Source: Octopus vulgaris
Lineage: Eukaryota
NCBI GenBank assembly: GCA_951406725.2
Contig: OX597831.1
Span: forward strand, 77,686,001 to 77,750,000
Direction of reading: 5' to 3'
DNA length: 64,000 nucleotides
The position numbers were made by a program, and so were the translations under genes. Below, one piece after another: positions 56,877 through 64,000 of the stretch (position 1 is the first letter of the stretch; the number at the start of each line of letters is the position of its first letter). The notes beneath the pieces were generated by a model. The model searched no databases. It was not told the DNA's origin and worked only from the letters and a program-made list of their open reading frames with translations.

Positions 56877-57089
56877 ACTCTTTTCTCTCTTTTACTCTTT
56901 TACTTCTTTCAGTCATTTGACTGCGGCCATGGTGGAGCACCACCTTTAGTCGAACAAATCGACCCCGGGACTTATTCATTATAAGCCCAGTACTTATTCT
57001 ATCGGTGTCTTTGCCGAACCGCTAAGTGACGGGGACGTAAACACACCAGCATCGGTTGTCAAGCAATGCTAGGGGGACAAACACACACA

Positions 57090-57157
<68 letters not shown>

Positions 57158-57318
57158 CATATATACGACAGGCTTCTTTCAGTTTCCGTCTCCCAAATCC
57201 ACTCACAAGGCATTGGTTGGCTCGGGGCTATAGCAGAAGACACTTGCCCAAGGTGGGACTGAACCCGGAACCATGTGGTTGGTAAGCAAACTACTTACCA
57301 CACAGCCACTCCTGCGCC
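56877..57318 (-). mobile_element. SINE family B, full length
   Basis: Aligns with 54072-54487. Confidence 0.88.
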
Positions 57319-58049
57319 ATATGGATGTGTATGTGCGTACGCGTTGGATATTTTAGAAGTGTGAGTGAGGCAGACCATGTATGAGTATAAAGTCATTTTT
57401 TACTGTTTCAATTTATGAACGGCGACCATGCTACAGCATGGCCTTGAATAGACTCCAGTATTTATATTTCAAAAGTGTATTTTATTTATGCATTTTGCTG
57501 AACGGTTAAGTTAGGGAAACATAAAAAAGACAGCGTAACTTAAGCGGTCGTGAAAAGAGAAACACTCACTCACACAGACACACACACACACACACACACA
57601 CATACACACACAGACACACACACACAAGTGTTGATGTGCTTATGTCCCATATGTCCCATACCTTAGCGGTTCAGCCAAAGACCGATAGAGTTAGGGCCAG
57701 GCTTAAAAAAACAATTGCTGGGTGGTGGGGTAGCACTGCCGCAGCATAGTAGCCGTGTAATGACTGAAACAAGTAAAAAGCTAAGATACGAGGGGCTTCT
57801 TTCAGTTTCCGTCGACCAAGGCCACCTGGGGCTAGACACTTCTCTAACGTACCACGCAGTGGGGCGGAACCCGGAAGCATGCGTTTCCGAAGCAAACTTA
57901 TCAGCCCCTAATAACTGATGAAGGGTCATTCTTTGTATTACTTGTCCTTTCTGTCTCTCGTTATTTGCGTATTTAACTCATTTGTTTTCGTATTTCATGT
58001 TGTTTACTGTTGGTGACGTCCTGTATCCATATATGCATATCTGTAATGC

Positions 58050-58099
<50 letters not shown>

Positions 58100-58120
58100 A
58101 CATATATATTATTTATATAT

Positions 58121-58321
58121 GTATTTCGTCTGTCGAGCGTTATTTCGTCTGTCGTTACGTTCTGAGTTCAAATTCCGCCGAGGTCGACTTTGCCTTTCAT
58201 CCTTTCGGGATCGATAAATAAAGTACCAGTTTCGCACTGGGGTCGATATAATCGACTTAATCCCTTTGTCTGTCCTTGTTTGTCCCCTCTATGTTTAGCC
58301 CCTTGTGGGTAATAAAGAAAT
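58121..58321 (+). mobile_element. Headless SINE A array unit
   Basis: Begins gtatttcgtc and ends aaagaaata, the same unit as in the trimers. Confidence 0.8.
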
Positions 58322-58693
58322 ATATATATATATGTATATATGTATGTATGTGTATATAAATCTAAATTATCAACCTTATTATAAAAGGCAATCAACCCAT
58401 GACCATGTCATCGATTTAGGAGAATATTGGACTATATTATCCAATTTCATTTCTTTAGTTAGAAGAACGGTTCGGGGGTGCTGGATGTTTTTGAGGAACA
58501 ATTGATTGTTATTTCTGGGAATCTGAGCGACCATGTGGAGGCTTCTTCGGTTGTCCGTATTATCTACTTATATGGACAGTATGTGTGTGTGTATGTGTAT
58601 GTGTATGTGTGTGTGTATGTGTACATATGTGTGTATATGTGTGTGTGTTGCAAATGGTACGTTAAATTTAAATTTGAAGTACACACTTCTGTA

Positions 58694-58749
<56 letters not shown>

Positions 58750-58930
58750 AGTGTGTGTGTGTATGTGTGTGTGCGTGTGTATTCGCACCCTCATGCATAA
58801 AGTTTAATCCGTGTTTAACCGTGAATGCTCACATGTAGCTTTACGCCAAAAAAGTATCGTTATATGCAGACCCCAAAGGAAGAAAAGTTTAACAACTGCA
58901 CGTCCTTCTCTCAAACAAACACACACACAT

Positions 58931-58984
<54 letters not shown>

Positions 58985-59270
58985 CTACATACAAGTGTGC
59001 GTGTGTTTATTGTACACGTTTTTTTTCCGCTCCATAATTCCATCTGCGCTTAACGGACACCTGTAGATTTTTTTTTACCTGTGGCTTTTTAATCAGGCAA
59101 ATGAAAAATTACACAGTATGTGTGTGTATATGCATGCATGCACACGCATTTATACACACGTGCATTTGTGTATATATATACACATGTAACGCAGTGGCTC
59201 TATTTCATTCAGATCTCAGACCTTAAATTGTTCTCTCTCTCTCTTCTCTCTGTGTATATATATATATATG

Positions 59271-59391
<121 letters not shown>

Positions 59392-59707
59392 GGGAGAAAG
59401 CTTGTGCGTACACTTGTGTACGCATATACACGCATGTGCTTGTGTCCGTATAACACAGTCGCTCACACACCTGTAAGGTGGTAAAAAGATAACCGATGTG
59501 AAAACATTTTTAACCCCCCCCTCTCACCACGACCACCACAGCAAAAAAAAAAGAGACTATTAAGAACAATCCTTGCTCTCCCTACCGCTGCTTGTATAAA
59601 CTCCACCCCCACCACCACCACCACCATCGTCATCACCCCTACCACTGTCACTACTACTACACTGACTGTCACCACCACTCGACCACCACCGCCACTACTA
59701 CTACTAT

Positions 59708-59748
<41 letters not shown>

Positions 59749-59912
59749 ATACTACTACTACTATCGCCACGACCACCTCGCTGTTTGGTATAAGCGCCAC
59801 TGTTGTCGTTCAACTCCGGCAAAACGACTAACGGACAGACAGTTATACCGACAGACATATAGAGAAGGTGGAGGGGGAGGAGGTGTGTGTGTGTGTGTGT
59901 GTGTGTGTATGA

Positions 59913-59952
<40 letters not shown>

Positions 59953-59972
59953 AACTATATGACTGAGCGAAA

Positions 59973-60027
<55 letters not shown>

Positions 60028-60087
60028 CATATATATATATATTATATATATGAATACATATAAAGAGAGAAATATATAGATACACTA

Positions 60088-60126
<39 letters not shown>

Positions 60127-60139
60127 TTTACTTAAGGAA

Positions 60140-60177
60140 CTGTCCGATGAACGGCAACGGGAAACTCTGAGTAACAG
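60140..60177 (+). ncRNA. Compact type I hammerhead motif (U4C variant)
   Basis: cugu-CCGAUGA-A-CG gcaa CG-G-GAAAC-UCUGA-GUA-acag; followed by AATAAA; island between (TA)n tracts. Confidence 0.7.
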
Positions 60178-60409
60178 GTTTTGTTGAATTTTCTGCTGTT
60201 TTAAATAAAGCATATTACTCTACCACTGGTATTTGAGTACTCTTTTTCCACCTTGTTTCACATTTATGTGTTTACTCCGGTATATATATGTATATATACA
60301 TATTTGATGGAAACCACTATGCTAGAAATAGATCCGCTATGGTCTTACCATTAAGAAATGTTCTCACCCTCATTTAAAATTTCATATATATACATATAGG
60401 GAGAGTGAG

Positions 60410-60451
<42 letters not shown>

Positions 60452-60459
60452 AGAGTGAG

Positions 60460-60500
<41 letters not shown>

Positions 60501-60637
60501 GAGATCGGAAGAGAAAATAGAAAGACTGAAGAAGGTATAGAGAGAGATTGTAATATGAGAGAGAGTGAGGGGGTAATATACAAGGCGGAAAAGAAAGAAA
60601 GGAAACATAAAGTCATATATATATAAATGAGAGAGTG

Positions 60638-60670
<33 letters not shown>

Positions 60671-60946
60671 TGGAGGAGAAAGAATAATGGGTGAGATAGA
60701 AAGAAAGAGAAAGACGGACAAACAGAGAGAGAGAGAGAGAGAGAGTGAGTGAAAGATAGATAGAGAGAGAAGCGAAGAAAGAGAGGGAGTGTGTTTGACT
60801 GGGTTAGACTGCCTGACTGCTTTGACATGATGTTACACTCTGTGCCTGGTTGAGAAGTGTTGATAGGGTTTGGCTGTAGTCAGACTGTGTACGGATCACA
60901 AACGGCTTCTTATATACTTCCATACGACAGAGTTTAGGTTAGCAGA

Positions 60947-60992
<46 letters not shown>

Positions 60993-61029
60993 GTACACAC
61001 GTACTACAAAGGAGAGAAAAGTGTGCGTT

Positions 61030-61078
<49 letters not shown>

Positions 61079-61527
61079 TTGAGTGAATTGGAAAAAAGTT
61101 AATAGTTACAAATTATAATAATAGTAATTATTATTATAAAAAACGTAAATTATACTCATAAAATATATCTCTGTACCTATCTATCCATCTATATATTCTT
61201 CCTTTTTTTTTTACCTGTTTTGGAATATTTTTATTGAATTCAAAGAAAAGGAGAAAAAAAAAACGAAATACAAATTTCACGTGTGTGTGTATTTATATAT
61301 ATATATACATATATACATATACTTACATATATATATATGTGTATATATGTTCTGTGCTTTTGGATATTATCGAACAAAAATGACGATTTGGATTAACGGA
61401 GAACCAGAACAGCAACAACAACAACACAGAACAACAACACAAAGTAGAACAACCGAGGCGACAACAACGATATCAACAACAGTGTGAACAGATAGTTGTG
61501 TTTATACATACCTAGGTACATACATTC

Positions 61528-61562
<35 letters not shown>

Positions 61563-61754
61563 TGCATCATCACACACTCACACCGGTCGATTAGATGTAA
61601 CGTGTGCGTTGCACACAAAACATTAATTAATATACACACACACACACACACATATATATATTTATATATATATGTAAGTATGTAGTTACACACACACACT
61701 CACACACACACACACATACACACATATATACATTCACAAAAACAAATAACCCTC

Positions 61755-61798
<44 letters not shown>

Positions 61799-62663
61799 TA
61801 AATATGTGTGTGTGTGTGTGCGTATAAGTGTGTGTGAGAGAGAGTGAGCGAGTGTGAACGAGAGCGTATATGTAAATATATATTTTTACATCTATATATA
61901 TATACACATACCTTGATACATACATATAATAACTGTATGCGTGCGTTTGTATGTGTGTATGTGTGTGAATAGATTTGTTTAAATTAGTTTTGAATGTGTA
62001 TATTTGTTGTTATTTTCGCTTCGTCGATCGGTTGTGAAACATACACATAACTTCTATTACACACCTGAAAAGTTTACACACACACACATATCGTGTGTGC
62101 GTGAGTGTGTGTGTGCATATATATATATTTCTATATATCTATATCGATCTATATAATATATATAGATATACACGTATATATATATATATGTATATTATCT
62201 CAATAGAGGACTGTGATTTTACTAAAAGAAAAATAGTGTAAGGAGGAGTAAGTTAAGTTTACCTGTCAACTGCACAGAACCCCTTTCCATATCACACACA
62301 CACACACACACACACACTTTTATAAACATATATACATATACAAATCCACACACTCAAGCTCGCATGCACCTTCTTAATACAACAGAGTTATTCCGATACA
62401 CGCACACACGCACACACGCACACACATAACCATACATATTTTTTTACACATACATATCTATACATAAATATATACCATAAATAAATAAATAAATACATAC
62501 ATACATACATACAATCAAATATTTATACATATCTACTTACAATAAACACGAATACATCCAAACCTTTACAAATATCTATCTATCTATCTATATATATATA
62601 TATATATATATACACATTGTATTCAAACCAAGGGAGATAACTACATTTTACGGCGAGAAAGTA

Positions 62664-62697
<34 letters not shown>

Positions 62698-62880
62698 CAT
62701 ATATATACATACAGATATATATATATATATACATATATAATTTCTTGACGTGTGAACGGAGTTTTTCCAAGGACCTATTCAAATCTGGTCCGGAGTATAT
62801 CTGATACGAAAAGGCTCCACCTGGGGTCTTGTCATGTTATGCGTCGAAGGTAAGTTGACTTAATAATCCTTATTTGATAA

Positions 62881-62937
<57 letters not shown>

Positions 62938-63221
62938 TCTATTTTGTATATGTTATATATATGTATACATATGTTGTATGTATGTTTGTTGGTTGGTTAT
63001 TCTGTTCACAGGTGGATATACCTGTCGGTGATTGTGTGAAGATATGCGTTTTTGCATATGGTGTTTATAAATTTTTAGTGTTGTAAGTGCAAATAAGCAC
63101 ACACGCATATGTGTTGTGTGTGTGTATACACACACACATACATGCACTCTTGTACACACACTTATATAGAGGTATATACTTATATATAGGTACATATATA
63201 TATATATTTATATATATATAA

Positions 63222-63268
<47 letters not shown>

Positions 63269-63285
63269 CGCACTCACGCATATTT

Positions 63286-63323
<38 letters not shown>

Positions 63324-63401
63324 ACACAAATATGCAAAATGTGTGTATTCAAATATGTATGGGTATACATGCATAAGCATGTGTGTGTATATGTGTGTGT
63401 G

Positions 63402-63481
<80 letters not shown>

Positions 63482-63628
63482 TGCATTATTAAATTTCTTT
63501 CCTCATAGTTCATGTATGCTACTCGCATGAATACCTTGTGTGTCTGTTCAAGTATTCCACTTCGTTATACCTCTGTGACAATATTTTACAATCGTCTCTA
63601 TGCATACATACACTCATACATACATGCA

Positions 63629-63661
<33 letters not shown>

Positions 63662-64000
63662 GTGTGTGTGTGTCTTGTGTATGTGTGTTATATATATATA
63701 TTGGTGTGTGTGTGTGTCTGTTTCGGGTGTGTGTAAAATCTGACTTCGAAACCAATTATGGCCGTACAGGCTTTCATCTCACTAATTAATTTAGGTATAA
63801 TGTTTAACTCACCTTAAACTCCCCGTGGCTGATCCCTTTTCCACCCCCACTTACCCCCCCCATTTACCCCCACCTCTCGTTTCAACCTATGCTGGTTGTT
63901 TGAACCAAGTAGTACAATCACTATCAAATCGCAACATCATCATCATCAACATCATCATCAGCATTATTATTATTATTATTATTATTTAATTATTATTATT

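Overview
Repeat-dominated, AT-rich animal genomic DNA. The microsatellite density, tRNA-headed SINE families, RTE LINEs and Penelope-like elements suggest a coleoid cephalopod, probably Octopus (inference from repeat content). No intact host gene is visible, and almost all ORFs in the track are microsatellite translations. Recognisable coding remnants: two 5'-truncated RTE-clade LINEs (one with three C-terminal C2H2 fingers), a Neptune-type Penelope GIY-YIG 3' end missed by the ORF track, a REL-endonuclease (R4/NeSL-like) fragment, a rearranged mariner derivative and a tRNA-Phe pseudogene. The main hidden signal is a dozen or more minimal type I hammerhead-ribozyme motifs, folded by eye. They fall into several sequence families, many sit in fold-back (inverted) Penelope-like termini within microsatellites, and one family has a Pol III tRNA-like head fused to a hammerhead tail. 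Weak candidate host exons exist on the + strand. Coordinates were read by eye; repeat boundaries are approximate.
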